Origin: Dictyostelium discoideum
Taxonomy: Eukaryota
NCBI GenBank assembly: GCA_000004695.1
Contig: CM000153.2
Coordinates: 4,160,001 to 4,224,000 of the forward strand
Reading direction: 5' to 3'
Length of the DNA stretch: 64,000 nucleotides
Position 1 is the first letter of the stretch, and each line of letters begins with the position of its first letter. Shown one piece after another: positions 12,377 to 23,985 of this stretch. A program made the translations under genes and the position numbers. The notes under the pieces were generated by a model, which saw only the letters and a list, made by a program, of their open reading frames with translations, did not search any database and was not told where the DNA came from.

Positions 12377-12639
12377 AAAATTAAGTTTTTTTTTTTTCTA
12401 AACAATCTAAAATTATCCAAGATTTTTTTTTTTTCTTCTCAGGCAATCTAGATACCATTTTCGTGTTTTTTTTTTTTTTTTTGAAACTTAAATTTCAACA
12501 CTGTCAAAAACAATTAGAAATGAGAAAAGATTGCTTTTTTTTATAATTAAAATTGATCGCTTTTTTATTTTAAAAAATGTATTTTCACTTAAAAAAAAGA
12601 ATTTATTTATTTAATAATTTCAAATAAAGTAAAATTATG

Positions 12640-12640
<1 letters not shown>

Positions 12641-12705
<65 letters not shown>
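12641..12705. repeat. Poly(A) homopolymer, about 65 nt.
   Basis: Direct count in the sequence. Confidence 0.9.
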
Positions 12706-12707
<2 letters not shown>

Positions 12708-12906
12708 AAAAAATAAAATAAAATAAAATAAAATAAAATAAAAAAAATAAAATAAAAATATAATTAAAATAAAAGAACAATAAAAAATTAAATCATAAAG
12801 AGTAAATAGTAAATTTTATTGACTAAATTCTTAAAATTTAAAGAAAAATATTAATTTTATTTATTTATTTATTTATTTATTTTTTTTTTTTTTTTCTTTT
12901 TTCTTA

Positions 12907-12959
<53 letters not shown>

Positions 12960-13357
12960 CACCCAAACATCATATTATAATCGGATTTTTTTTTTCCCAA
13001 CCAACAAAAGTTTTCTATACAAATTTTCTTCACGGGGCATTTTTTTCTTGAGAATTGAGGAAATTGCGCCATCATTCATTTTCTAAGTAAAAATTAATTT
13101 TTTACAGAAAATTTTTTTTTTCTTTTTAAAACACACACTCCCCAAACCTTTTTTTTTTTTTAATTTTTTTAATTTTTTTCTTCTTGCAAACATAGCAATA
13201 TTTATAAACAATAATAAAATTTTTAGATAACATAAAAAATAATATTTTATATAAATCCTTATTTATTAATTAACTCAAAAATAATATTTGTAAATAATTT
13301 TTTTTTTATTCTAAAACACAAATTTTAAAAAAAAAAAAAAAAAAATAAATATTTAAA

Positions 13358-13583
13358 ATGTCTCATCACCATCATCATCATCACCGTAGAAGTAGTAGTG
13401 TTTCATCACCATCATCACATAACAACTATTACAGTGGGCATCAACAACAAACACAACCACAACAATATAATAATTATTCACTTGACCAAAATTATGATCA
13501 AATGAAAAATGAATATAATAATTTATCAGAACTTGTACATAACATATATAATTCATTAAATTCATATTGTAATTCAATAAAAG
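13358..13583 (+). CDS. Paralogue P1 of a Gln/Pro-rich protein family, exon 1 (His-rich N-terminus; ends ...NSIKG at a GTAAAC donor, phase 1).
   Basis: ORF 13358..13597. Donor at 13584. The same exon-end motif (K-G followed by a phase-1 intron) occurs in P2 and P3. Confidence 0.6.
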
Positions 13584-13676
13584 GTAAACATATCTAATAT
13601 CTATTATATATATATATTTATAAATATTAAATAATAAACTAATTTAATTTATTTATTATTATTATTATATAAATAG

Positions 13677-14823
13677 ATATTTATTTAAATTCAAATAGTT
13701 TTATGAATAATGTTTCAAAATTATTTGGTAATGAACATCCATTATCAAAATATGGTAATGGTGTTTTAATGATGGCAGATGAAAGTTTTAAAGATTGGAT
13801 GGATAATCAATCACCAAACTTTCAAATGTTGGGTGACTATTGTTATGATTTAAATATTGTAAAATCTAAAATCGATAAAGTCGATCAACTATCATTAGAG
13901 TTATCCCATCAAAATTTAGATGAATACATTCAATTAAAGGATGAAGTTTTTAGAGATGTTTCAAATCAATTTCAAGCAAGAGTAACAAGATTCGATATAC
14001 CTTTAATCAATACTCAATTCTCTCTCCCAAGTTTATATCAATGTTTAAATTCAATACATGAAACAAATGGTACTGAACAATTACAACAATCAATTGAAAT
14101 TGCTAATCCTGTAATCTCTTTATCACCTGATAATACAATTGCAATTAATACTGTAAATGATAATAATAATAATGATAATAATAGTAATAATAGTACACCT
14201 GAAATTATGACACGTGTTGGTATACCACCACAATCACAAGCACAACAACCACAAGCACAACAACAACCACCACAACAACAACAAAGAGTTAATACAGCAT
14301 CAACATTTTCAAGTCCAACAATGTTTTTATCTAAACCTGTAAAAACAGAGGTTACATATGCTGCACCACCAAAAACTTTACAAAAATTACCTGGTTCAAG
14401 AGAGTATACTAGACAATCTGTACCAACACCACAACAACAATCACCTTTAAAACCTATAGCTAGACCAAATTCTTTACCAAATAATAATAATATCAACACT
14501 ACAGCAACACAACCACCATTAAGACCAACACCAGTACCAACACCAGCACCAGTTGTTGAGCAACCAACACCAAGTGCACCACCACCTCAAAATCAACCAC
14601 CAATTATAATGGGTAGACAAGTTTTACCTCATAATCCAAATAGTAGTAATAATAATAATTCAATGGATAGTGGTAGTGGAGTTATTTCACAACCACTAAG
14701 ACCAGTACCCCATAAAAGTATTCAAAAAGGCTTCGTAGCTAGTAATGTTAATAAACCTCCTTTATCACCTTCTACTTCAACTCCAAATTTACAACAATAT
14801 CAACCACCACAACAATCACAATC

Positions 14824-14869
<46 letters not shown>

Positions 14870-15148
14870 CCTTTATCACTATCAAATTCAACTCCAAATT
14901 TATATCAAACACAACAACAACAACAACAACAACAATCACCTCTACCTCCAAAACCAAGACCATCTGTACAATTATCATCATCAACATCTACTTCACAACC
15001 ATTAAGACCTCAACCACCAATTTCTCAACAACAAGAGCAACCACCATCTAGACCAAGATCATTATCACTATCTCAACAACAAACACCAACCCAATCATTT
15101 GCAAGACCTTTACCAACAGCATTAAACAATAACAATAATAATAATTAA
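13677..15148 (+). CDS. P1 exon 2: a conserved N-terminal domain (DIYLNSNSF..., FDIPLINTQFSLPSLYQCLNS) followed by a long Pro/Gln/Ser/Thr-rich low-complexity tail.
   Basis: Acceptor aaatag at 13675-13676. The reading frame is continuous into ORF 13703..15148. Colinear with P3 exon 2. Confidence 0.6.
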
Positions 15149-15430
15149 GGGAAAAAACACTTAATATTAATATAATATAAAATATACCCCCAAGTACGTT
15201 AAAATTTAAAATTATAATAAAATTAATTTTTTTTTTCATTATTTTTTTTTTATTTTTTTTTAATTTTATTTTATTTCTTTGTTGTGGTGTGTTTAAACCA
15301 AAAAAAGAATTTTCATTAAGAGTAATTAAAATTAAAAAGTCTAAAATTTAAAAGGTTTTTCTTTTTTTTTTTCTTTGAGACTATTTACTTTTTAACAATA
15401 AATTTTTTTTTTTTATTTTTAGTCCAAACA

Positions 15431-15575
15431 ATGTCACCTATAGAAAATATAAATAATAATAATTTCATTTCAAAAGATTTTAATTTTCAAATTATAAAAA
15501 ATGAATTTAGTTTTCATTATGATAAAATTATTTTAATTTATAAATTAATTAATAATCAAGAAATTTCAAATAAAG
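15431..15575 (+). CDS. Paralogue P2, exon 1 (ends ...ISNK-G, phase 1).
   Basis: ATG at 15431. Donor GTATAA at 15576. Same architecture as P1 and P3. Confidence 0.5.
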
Positions 15576-15681
15576 GTATAACTTTTATTTAAAAAAAAAA
15601 AAAAAAGTTTTTTATAACCCATTTTTCATAATTAATTAATTAAATTTTTTTTTTTTTTTTTTTTTTGCCCATAAAATAAAG

Positions 15682-16466
15682 AATATATTAAAAATATTAT
15701 AAATTATTATGAAAAGGATAATTCTTGTACAAATTCATTAATTTATAATTATATTTCAATAATATCAAATGATATTGAAAGTTGTTTTGCTAATTGGAGA
15801 AATAGTTTAAAGAATGAATTTCAAATTATTAATAAATATTGTTTAGAATTAAATGTATTAAATGAAAAATTTGAAAATTTTTGTCAATTAGAGATTAAAT
15901 TATTAAATTCTATTTCAAGACAACAACAACAACAACCACCTATTGGATTTACTAAAAATGAATATTTTATTTTAAAATCTGAAATATTTAAAATGGTAAG
16001 AATATTATTAGAAAAAAGAAATTTAAATTTTGATGAACCATTAAAAAATATTCAAATTTCATTACCAATTTTATATGAAAATTTAAAATTAATTCATTTA
16101 AATTCACATAAATTAATTAATAAAGAAAAACAACAGTTAAATGAAAATGAAAATGAAAATATATCATTACATAATCAATATATAAATTCATTATCACCTG
16201 ATAATTCATTTTTAAAAATTAAACAATTGGATGGTGCTTCGTCTTTGTCTTCTGCCATTTTTAAACCATTACCACCATTACCGCAACCAAAACAATTACC
16301 ATCAATACCAATTTCACAAATAACTTCACCACAAAAAGAACCACAACAACAATTAAAAAAATTAAGACCTGCACCAATTCCAAAAGAACTTGAAAATAAC
16401 TATGTAATTTCTGTAACTCCAACTTCATCACAGGTTACAAACAATTTTTCTAACCAAAATGTCTAA
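15682..16466 (+). CDS. P2 exon 2 (conserved domain NIQISLPILYENLKL plus a Pro/Gln-rich tail).
   Basis: Acceptor aataaag at 15680-15681. In frame with ORF 15993..16466 and open all the way upstream. Confidence 0.5.
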
Positions 16467-16725
16467 AAATTAAAAATATAAATTAAAAAAAAAAAAAGTA
16501 GATCCCGATTCGTTATAGATATTTTCACATAAAAAAAAAAATTTATTTTTAATTTTTTAAATTTTTTTTTTAATTTATTTTTTTTTTTATTTTTTTTTTT
16601 ATTTTTTTGTGTTTGTTAAATTATAAGAAACAAATAAAAATAAAAAAAATAATTCACATTGCGCCTGAAAAAAAAAAAAAAAAAAAAACATTTAATTTTT
16701 TATATATATAAAAAAAATTAAAGAA

Positions 16726-16875
16726 ATGATAAAAAATACAGCTCCCAACAAATTTGTAGGCAATAATAAAATAGTTGACCCAAATTATGAAACATTAAAA
16801 AATGAATTTTTCAAATTATCTCAAAATATATTAACAATTTATAATTCATTAAATAATAATAATAAAACTATGAAA

Positions 16876-16876
<1 letters not shown>
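16726..16876 (+). CDS. Paralogue P3, exon 1 (ends ...KTMKG, phase 1, GTAAAA donor).
   Basis: ORF 16726..16968. NEFFKLSQNILTIYNSLN parallels P1 NEYNNLSELVHNIYNSLN. Confidence 0.6.
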
Positions 16877-16923
<47 letters not shown>

Positions 16924-16991
16924 ATTTATTATTTCACATTGAATTTATTTATTAAAAATATGTTTTAATTATTATTATTATTAATATTTAG

Positions 16992-18160
16992 ATATTTACT
17001 TAAATTCAAATAGTTTTTTAAATAATTTATCAAATTATTATCATAATAGTAATAATAATAATAATAATAATAATGGGTATGGGACGACTACTGAACAACA
17101 TCCATTAGGTGATTATAGTAATCAAATTTTAATAAATGTTAATAAAACATTCGAAGAATGGGAATTTAATCAATCTAGTCATTTTCAATCATTGAATGAT
17201 TATTGTAATCAAATTGAACAAATCAAATCAAAGATTGAAAGATTAGATAAACAAATGAACACAGAATCACAAGAATATCAAACTTTAAAAAATCAAATAT
17301 TTAAAGATGTTCAACAACTTTTCGATTCCAGAGTTAATCAATTTGATATACCATTAATTAATATACAATTCTCATTCAATAGTTGTTTACAATCTTTAAA
17401 TTCAAATCATAATGATTCTTCATTCTTACTTCAACAACCAATTAATTTTAATAATCCCGTACAATCATTACAACCATTAAATAATAATAGTGGTGTTACA
17501 CCATTAAGACATGCACCACCTGTAAATAATCATCTACAACAAATACCAAGACCAACCACTTCATATACACCACCAAAACAATATGTACCATCACCTCAAC
17601 AAAAACATCATCAATATACACCACCTCAACCATATACACCACCTCAACAACAACAACAACAACACCAATATACACCACCTCAACCATATAATCCACAACC
17701 ACAACAATATCAAGAACAAATGTATGAAAAATCACAAGAACAACCACCAGAACAACCACCAAATTCAGGACCAAGAAAAGGAAAATCACAATTGAAACAA
17801 ATTGAAAGACCCACTCAAATAGAGCTACCTGATAAATCAGTGATTGAACCAAATCTAAAGAGAAAGCCAGGTGACTTTTTAAGAGATCCTAATGCTCCAC
17901 GTTTTGTTCCTGCTTCATCTCAACAGCAGCAACAACAACAACAACAACAACAACAACATAGTAATAAACCTTCAATGGAACATCATTCAATGTCATTAAG
18001 TGAATCTTATAAACAAAAGGTTGTACTTTCAAATGATATAAATGAGCATGGATCACAAGGAAGTGATAATCATTCCAACACCACTTCTAAACCACCTGTG
18101 AGAAAATTAGATAATACAATAAGAACACCACCATCAAGACCTACTCCTTTACCAAAATAA
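16992..18160 (+). CDS. P3 exon 2 (DIYLNSNSFLNN..., FDIPLINIQFSFNSCLQSLNS, then a Pro/Gln/Tyr-rich tail).
   Basis: Acceptor ttag at 16990-16991. The frame is continuous with ORF 17192..18160. Exon 2 begins with the same ATATTTAyTTAAATTCAAATAG sequence as P1. Confidence 0.6.
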
Positions 18161-18266
18161 TAATAAATTGGAAACACATGCGCACTTTATCGTCTCCTTA
18201 AATATTTATATATTTTAATTGGGATTCTAATTTCATTTTATTTATTTTTTTTTAATTATTTTACCA

Positions 18267-18299
<33 letters not shown>

Positions 18300-18617
18300 T
18301 TTGCATTTATTATTTAAAAATTAAAAAAAAAAAAAATATATAATAAAATTTAAAAATATTAATTTTCGACCTCGTTATTGATTAATGGGCACTCTCGAAA
18401 ATTTAACCAATAAAATAATATCTCCCTTTTCATTGGACGCTTCTAAATTTTTTTTTTTTTTTTCATGGCTATTTGGTGTCATTTGCAGAATATTTTTTTT
18501 TTTTTTTTTTTTTTTATAATAAAATTTTTTTTTTTTTTTTTTTTTTTTTATTCGTGATCTATTTTTTTTATATTAAGAATAATATTTTATTTCTTTTTTT
18601 TTTTTTTTTTAATATAT

Positions 18618-18705
18618 ATGTTTTTCATTAAAAATAGAGTAGTTATTTTGATTTTCTTTTTATTTATTTGTTTCAAATTGAATCAAAGCCTAATTCAATC
18701 AGAAT
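18618..18705 (+). CDS. Tandem receptor-like gene, unit 1, exon 1 (signal peptide).
   Basis: MFFIKNRVVILIFFLFICFKLNQSLIQSEC, then a GT donor in phase 1. Homologous to exon 1 of units 2-5. Confidence 0.5.
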
Positions 18706-18817
18706 GTAGATATTTTAAAAATATTTTTATTTTTTTAAATTTTTTTTTTTTTGGGATTTGTTTTTAACCACTTTTTTTTTTTTTTCATTTTTTCATTTTT
18801 TTCACGGTCAAACAAAG

Positions 18818-19040
18818 ATGAATGTTCATTTAATTTATTAAGTAAAATATTAAATGTTTCGCTTGAATACAGTAGGGATTCAAAAAATAGATATGATTTT
18901 TGTGGTTCAAGTAAAAAAGGTTTTGTATCGATGGTATGTGATGGGGAAAATGATTTCATTTCATCTATATCATTAGGTAGTAATAGAAGTACAATATTAT
19001 CATCTTCCGATTTTAATTGTTTTTCTTCGATTAGTATTAT
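18818..19040 (+). CDS. Unit 1 exon 2 (Cys-containing N-terminal module, 223 nt).
   Basis: ORF 18751..19110 frame. Colinear with unit 2 exon 2. Confidence 0.5.
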
Positions 19041-19111
19041 GTTTGTATTTAAATTTTTTAATTGTCATTATTATTATCATTCTTATTATTATTTTTTTAC
19101 AAATTATTAAT

Positions 19112-19147
<36 letters not shown>

Positions 19148-19148
<1 letters not shown>

Positions 19149-19495
19149 CAATTATATCTTAATTATAAATTTGAAAAAAATTTTTTATATGGATTTTCAA
19201 AAATAATTCCACACTTTTTATCATATTCTACAGATGAATCATTATTTGATTTGGATTTTAATATTGATAAAATGATATTAATAGATAGATTAGTTATTAA
19301 AAAATTAAAAATAAAAAAAAATTATAATCTTTATTTTTCAAGTTTAAAAAATGTCAGTATTTTCGAACTTGAATATGGACCATCAAATTTTCAAATTAAT
19401 TATATAAATGATTTATTTGAATTTAAAAATTTCATATCAATAAATATTTTTTCAAGTAGTATACCTTCAATGAATAATATAAATATTCTAGAATT
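19148..19495 (+). CDS. Unit 1 exon 3 (LRR-like).
   Basis: ORF 19062..19499 frame. GTAAGT donor at 19496. Phase-2 boundaries. Confidence 0.5.
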
Positions 19496-19580
19496 GTAAG
19501 TAAAAATAATTTTATTTTTTTTTTATTTTTCAAATTAATAATAATAATAATAGTAATAAAAATTATTAATTAATGATAAA

Positions 19581-19656
<76 letters not shown>

Positions 19657-19660
19657 GTAG

Positions 19661-19822
19661 AGTTTTAAATTTATTACCAAGTTTTAATTTAAAATCATTT
19701 TCCAACTTTTCAACATTTTCAAATGTTGAGTCTATAAATTTAAATCCTACAAATCCATCAATGATTTTCCCATTCCCAATAGGATTGTGTAATCTTAATT
19801 TTAATAATAGTTTGGGAAGTTT
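19661..19822 (+). CDS. Unit 1 exon 4 (LRR-like, ...NPSMIFPFP...).
   Basis: Acceptor ccgtag, GTAAGT donor, phase 2 on both sides. Confidence 0.45.
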
Positions 19823-19913
19823 GTAAGTTTTCTTTCTTTTTTTTTTTTTTTTTTTTTAATTTTTTTATTCTAATAATTTTGATAAAATCCACATTCTAAT
19901 ATAAATTATAAAG

Positions 19914-19985
19914 AGAAATAAACTACCAAATAGATAAACCATTAGATTTTATAGACCTTTCAGCATTGGGAAATTTATTTTTATT
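19914..19985 (+). CDS. Unit 1 exon 5 (72-nt LRR unit).
   Basis: Conserved 72-nt exon in all five units. Confidence 0.45.
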
Positions 19986-20074
19986 GTAAGTTTTTTTACT
20001 AATATTCATTATCATTACATTTTCTTTAATTTATTAATTAATTTATTATTATTTTTTTTTTTTAAAAAATAAAG

Positions 20075-20158
20075 TTTAATGCCAAATGTGGGACCTTTAT
20101 TTAATGTGGATGGTGAATTTCCTTTTATTAATATGATTAATAGATTTTATATAAGATT
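20075..20158 (+). CDS. Unit 1 exon 6.
   Basis: ...PNVGPLFNVDGEFPFINM..., GTAAGT donor. Confidence 0.45.
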
Positions 20159-20253
20159 GTAAGTGTTTTTTTATATTGGTGAAAAACATTTACATTTAGA
20201 TTTTAATTATTTTAAATTTAATTAATTTTTTTTTTTTTTTTTTTTTAAATTAG

Positions 20254-21976
20254 TGAATTTTCAAATGGAAGAATTAATAGTTTTAATTTTATAAATGCAA
20301 CAACATTGACAATGGAAAATAATGGTATGGCAGGTACGATACCAACAGCTTTTCCTGGTGATAGGAACATTAATCTAAAGGGTAATAAGTTGGTAGGAGA
20401 AATTGATGAAAGTTGGTGTGGTAATTTATTTGATATTAGTGATAACTATATAAGTGGTGAGCTTCCATCATGTTTTAAATGTCATTATTTACAACCATTA
20501 ATTAGTTCAACACTATCTGGTAATAGATTTAAAAATTTCGATCCAAATAATTTAGAACCATGTTTAGATTTAGAATTAAATTTAGAATATAATCATTCTT
20601 TCAACAGATCATTAACATTATATGGTAAAAATCTTGGTCCATTTGATAATTCATTAAGAATTTATGATATAGATAATATTGGACCTATTACTATTATAGC
20701 ATGCAAAGAATATAAGATTAGAAAGTTTACTTGGGTACCGGGAGATGCACCAAAAGCAATTAATTTAACTTTTCCTTTTTTACCACAAGGCCCAAGAACA
20801 TTTGAAATCTCTGCATATAATGAATTTTTACCACATATCGATAGTATAATTAGATATTCAGATTATTTTATTATTAGTGGTAAATACTTTGCATATAATA
20901 AGAGTGTTATTAATGTTTTAATTTCAAATCATTCATGTTCAATTATAACAAGTAATTTCAATGAAATTCAATGTTATCTTTCAAATTCAAATCAAATAAT
21001 AAATAGTAATAGCAATAAATTAATTGCAAGTATTATTCAAGTTATGAATGTTTCAAGTACATTTAATTTCACAGCGAATCAAGCATGTAATGGTAATAAT
21101 TGTCCAATCGCAGATTGTAATAAATATGGTGAATATAATTATGAAAGTGGTGTTTGTGATTGTTATTCAAATGAATGGAGAGGCTATTCATGTGAATTAA
21201 AATCATTAAATTGTTTAAGTAATGATTGTAGCGGTAATGGCTATTGTAATAGTATCATTGGTAAATGTCAATGTAATAAAAATAGAGCATTCGATGATTG
21301 TAGTGGTATATTATGCAATGATGGTAATGGTTGTTTTAATGGAGGTAATTGTAATTTTCAAATTGGGGTTTGCAATTGTTCATCCAAATGGATTGAAAGT
21401 TCAGGATGTGCAACACCCAAACAATCAATTGATTCACAACAATTAGTACAAACAAAAAACAATCAAATATTAACATTAATTGGTTGGTTTGGTAATATTA
21501 ATATATTTTTAACAGTATTAATCGATGGTAAAATTTGTGACATCACTTCAAATAATAATGAAACCATTCAATGTATTCCACCAAATTATCATTGTGATTT
21601 CATAAAGACCTCATCATTAGAATTATCAGTTTCTCAAAATAATTACATATGGAATGGAGTTTATAATCCAATATTTATTAATGGCTGTAGTAATAGCAAT
21701 GAAGGCAGTAGTGGTATCAATAACAGTTATAGTAATAGCAATGAAAAAGAAAATTCATCATTATCATACAAAAATCAATCTTTAGTTTTAATCCTATCAA
21801 TTGTGTTATCTTTAATTTTATTAGGTTTATTAGGTTTAGTTTTCTTTAAAAAATTAGTCATAAAAAATAATTATTTAAATATAAATAATATTGAAAATAA
21901 AATAAGACCGAGTGAATATGATAATGATCAACCAGATGAATTTTTAAAAAATAAAATTAAATTAATTGACCTTTAG
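20254..21976 (+). CDS. Unit 1 exon 7: plant-type LRRs (LTMENNGMAGTIP...LKGNKLVGEID...FDISDNYISGELP), tenascin/EGF-like Cys repeats, a Ser/Asn stalk, a TM helix and a short cytoplasmic tail.
   Basis: ORF 20306..21976, open upstream to the acceptor aaattag at 20252-20253. Confidence 0.7.
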
Positions 21977-22504
21977 AGGCAATACCCCAAATTAAAAAAA
22001 AAAAAAAAAAAAACAGGTTCCCTTAGAGATACTCCAATTAGTTGGGTGGGTTGTTTTATTTCTCAAATTTAATTGTTTTTTTTTTTTTTTTTTTTAGTTG
22101 CTTCATTTTTACAAATAAATAATAAAAAATTTTATTCAAAAAAAAAAAAAAATTAATTAGTCAACCCTTAAAAAATATATGAATTCAAGGTGAATCTAAC
22201 ATATTTTAATATTTATATGGTCGCAAAATAAAAAAAAGGCAGAGGGATTTCACTGAAAGTTTTGGTGCATTTTTTAAAAAAAATAAAAAATAAAAAAAAA
22301 AAAAATTTAAAAAAAAATCTTAAAAGCGATAAAACTTTTCTTAGGATGAAAATTTTTTTATTTTTTTATTTTTTTTTTTTTTTTATTTTTTTTTTTTTCG
22401 AATTTAAAAATATCTCAAATGATTTAACAAGTGCGGGCAAAACAAAATTGATTTTTTTTTTTTTTTGTTTTTTTTTTTTTTTTTTTTTTAAAAAATCAAA
22501 AGGG

Positions 22505-22589
22505 ATGAAAATGAAAAGTAGAGGGTTCATATTATTTTTTATAATCATACTTTCAAATTTAAGCCAAGCAACTCTAGTTGAATCAGAAT
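22505..22589 (+). CDS. Unit 2 exon 1 (signal peptide MKMKSRGFILFFIIILSNLSQATLVESEC).
   Basis: ATG at 22505 (alternative start at 22511). GTAAAA donor in phase 1. Confidence 0.55.
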
Positions 22590-22664
22590 GTAAAAATAAT
22601 AGAATTTTAATAACACAAATAAATAAATAAATATTAATTCTTTTATTTTTATTTCTTATATTAG

Positions 22665-22887
22665 ATAAATGTTTATATAATTTATTAAGTAAAATTTTAA
22701 AAGTATCAAAAAACTTTTATAAAGAATCTAATAATAGATATGCATTTTGTCAGACTGCTGATAAATCAGATTTTCTTTGGGCACAATGTTCTGAAGGTTC
22801 AGTTGAAAATATTTTTTTAGGTTCCAATAATAAAAGTACAATTTTTTCAAACAATGATTTTAATTGTTTTTCTTCTTTGCAAAATAT
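22665..22887 (+). CDS. Unit 2 exon 2 (...KCLYNLLSKILKVSKNFYKESNNRYAFCQT...NDFNCFSSLQNM).
   Basis: Acceptor atattag at 22662-22664. GTAAGT donor at 22888. Confidence 0.55.
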
Positions 22888-22967
22888 GTAAGTCCTAACA
22901 ATAACAATAATAATAAATATCATTTTATTAATACTTTTTTTTTTTAAAAATAAAAAATAAAAAAAAG

Positions 22968-23318
22968 AGAAATATTTTTTAAATACAAATTTGAAAGAAA
23001 TTTTTTATTTGGGTTTTCAAGTAATTTATTTAATTTTAAATCACATTCTTCAGATGAATCATTAATTGATATGGATGTCAATGCTAACAAAACAATTTCA
23101 ATTAAATATTTATATATTAATCAATTAATAATTAAAAGAGATTTTAATATTTATTTTTCAAATTTTGTTAATGTCCGAAATTTTGAAATTGACACACTCC
23201 AATCAAACTACCAAATTAATTATATAAATGATTTGGTTAGTTTTAAATGTAATTTTGATACAATTTCATTTTCTTCAAATAATATACCATCAATGAATAA
23301 TATACTAGTAAATAATTT
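22968..23318 (+). CDS. Unit 2 exon 3 (LRR-like, includes ORF 23071..23322).
   Basis: The frame is open from the acceptor. GTAAGT donor at 23319. Confidence 0.55.
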
Positions 23319-23405
23319 GTAAGTTTTTATTATTCTATTCTTTTTTTTTTTTTTTTTTTTAATATGAAATAATACTAAATTAATTAATCTATATTTATAT
23401 AATAG

Positions 23406-23546
23406 ATATATAAAACTACTTTCAAATTTTAATATTGATTCATTTTTCAACTTTTCAACAAATACAAACATTGGTACTATAAAATTAAATTCATCAGATC
23501 CATCAATGCTTTTTCCATTTCCACCCCCTTCTTCTGTTCAATCATT
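23406..23546 (+). CDS. Unit 2 exon 4.
   Basis: YIKLLSNFNIDSFFNFSTNTNIGTIKLNSSDPSMLFPFPPPSSVQSL. Followed by an intronic (TTA)n tract. Confidence 0.5.
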
Positions 23547-23560
23547 GTAATTATTAATTA

Positions 23561-23648
<88 letters not shown>

Positions 23649-23672
23649 AACTATTATATTATTATAAATAAG

Positions 23673-23744
23673 AGTAATAAATTATCTAATAGAGAAGCCA
23701 TTGAATTTTATTGATTTATCTAAATTTGAAAAATTAATTTATTT
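23673..23744 (+). CDS. Unit 2 exon 5.
   Basis: LVINYLIEKPLNFIDLSKFEKLIYL, 72 nt, GTAAGT donor. Confidence 0.5.
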
Positions 23745-23825
23745 GTAAGTATTTTTTTATATTTTAAAATGTTTCTTTTCTAAACTTTTCACTAACTTTT
23801 TTTTATAATTTATAATTATTAAAAG

Positions 23826-23903
23826 AAAAATTCCAAATGTTGGAGTTTTATTTAATGTAGATGGTGAATTACCATTCATTAATATGCAAAATATTTATAA
23901 TTT
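23826..23903 (+). CDS. Unit 2 exon 6.
   Basis: LKIPNVGVLFNVDGELPFINMQNIYNL, GTAAGT donor. Confidence 0.5.
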
Positions 23904-23985
23904 GTAAGTATTTTTTTTTTTTTTTTTTTTTTTTTTCAGAATTTAATGATGATGATATTTAACTATTTTACATATTTTTAATTAG

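Noticed and set aside
12869-13075. A 68-aa poly-Lys ORF on the minus strand.
   Set aside because: It is a translation of an oligo(T)/oligo(A) intergenic tract. It has no start context and no complexity.
18361-18440. GC-richer islands scanned as possible tRNA genes (18361-18440, 22000-22060, 37400-37460, 58130-58200).
   Set aside because: None shows the conserved tRNA features: no GTGGCNNAGTGG or GGTTCGAATCC-like D and T boxes, and no acceptor-stem complementarity on inspection. They were left unannotated.
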